Shown here piece by piece: positions 63,473-64,000 of a stretch of DNA of 64,000 nucleotides. The translations under genes and the position numbers were made by a program. Origin of the DNA: a bacterium (GTDB lineage Bacteria > Pseudomonadota > Alphaproteobacteria > Rickettsiales > RI-342); assembly GCA_016124905.1 (NCBI GenBank), contig WGMV01000008.1:110521-174520 (forward strand), in the 5' to 3' direction. Position 1 is the first letter of the stretch. Each line of letters begins with the position of its first letter. Below the pieces are notes generated by a model. The model searched no databases, had not been told where the DNA came from, and saw nothing but the letters and a program-made list of their open reading frames with translations.

Positions 63473-64000
63473 GGCGCGGGCGCTCCCGTGGCTGGTGCGT
63501 TCGGGTCTTTTATCGGCCCTTCCATGGTATAGGTGATGGACGTATCCTGCGCGGCGGGCGAGGCCTCTTTTTCTTTGTTCAAATCAACCCGGAAATCCTC
63601 AGTCCTGCTCACCACGCCGGGCAGGTTGGAGAAATTGATTTTATAATCGGGGAAGATGCCGGAAAGCTTGCGGTAAAACACCTCCGTCCGCTGCAGCAGC
63701 TCATCAATCTGCCCATCGCCCGATGGCGCATATTCCACCTTGATTTCGGCCTTCACGGGCGTGGTGCTTTGTCCCATGCTTGCGCCGCTGTTGGGGTAAG
63801 CCTCGTTGCTGCTGGCCCATTTGATGCTGTGGATAACCGTAGTTTCATCCAGCGCCTGCGCGAAGGTGGCAAGAAATTTGAGCGGGTTGTAACTATTCTT
63901 CTCAAGGAAATCGGATATTTTCGTGACCTCGGCAATCTCGTCAATGCTGGCGGGCAGCTTGTTCACCTCCGCCTGAATCTCATCTTTCCGCGCTTTGCCC
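63469..64000 (-). CDS. PilN-like protein fragment (tentative); 5' end beyond the right edge
   Basis: The reading frame stays open to position 64000 (GKARKDEIQAEVNKLPASIDE...), so the GTG start in the ORF track at 63966 is an artefact of the window edge. There is a 4-nt overlap with the next gene. Confidence 0.55.
   Translation of the reverse strand, partial: GKARKDEIQAEVNKLPASIDEIAEVTKISDFLEKNSYNPLKFLATFAQALDETTVIHSIKWASSNEAYPNSGASMGQSTTPVKAEIKVEYAPSGDGQIDELLQRTEVFYRKLSGIFPDYKINFSNLPGVVSRTEDFRVDLNKEKEASPAAQDTSITYTMEGPIKDPNAPATGAPAP

Overview
This is a 64-kb, GC-rich (roughly 60% by eye, not computed) chromosomal segment. Its gene content and synteny look alphaproteobacterial: a DUF1013/TrcR-like gene, eno-ftsB, gpmI-envC-ctpA-yibQ-rppH, fabD..fabG-acpP-fabF-mltG, glyQ/glyS-ppdK, clpS-clpA, AddB, MotA, PhaZ and bactofilin. 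About 56 protein-coding genes can be supported. I see no rRNA, tRNA, CRISPR array, transposase or integrase. The backbone is ordinary housekeeping, but it is punctuated by lineage-specific orphan genes that look organised rather than random. (1) One module occurs twice (1970-5504 and 41672-43113): an AT-only 17-mer TTAGTTAAWWWTTTAAC, a large orphan protein, and a tightly coupled ~90-aa partner homologous between the two loci. A third copy of the small domain is fused into the gene at 14676-15266. (2) Two further orphan cassettes (5583-6194, 6261-6803) each sit behind an identical 18-bp block plus a TAWAAC -10-like element. (3) Three translationally coupled paralogues (386/388/386 aa, four invariant Cys) are inserted inside the fatty-acid synthesis operon between fabD and fabG. 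(4) Two tandem paralogues (49359-50889) carry an HPD...G-T-x-G-C motif reminiscent of L,D-transpeptidase/Tlde1-type sites and follow a ~300-bp AT-rich region. (5) A PilN/PilO/PilP-like trio is coupled to an ABC ATPase at the right edge, and a stand-alone long-leader pilin gene lies ~48 kb away. Small repeat families occupy intergenic regions: GTCATTCC...GGAATCC hairpin elements, a 78-bp tandem repeat, a 92-bp-spaced direct repeat and a CCCTCACCC/GGGTGAGGG nested palindrome. All functional calls rest on my own reading of translated motifs and the raw sequence; no database search or computation was possible.
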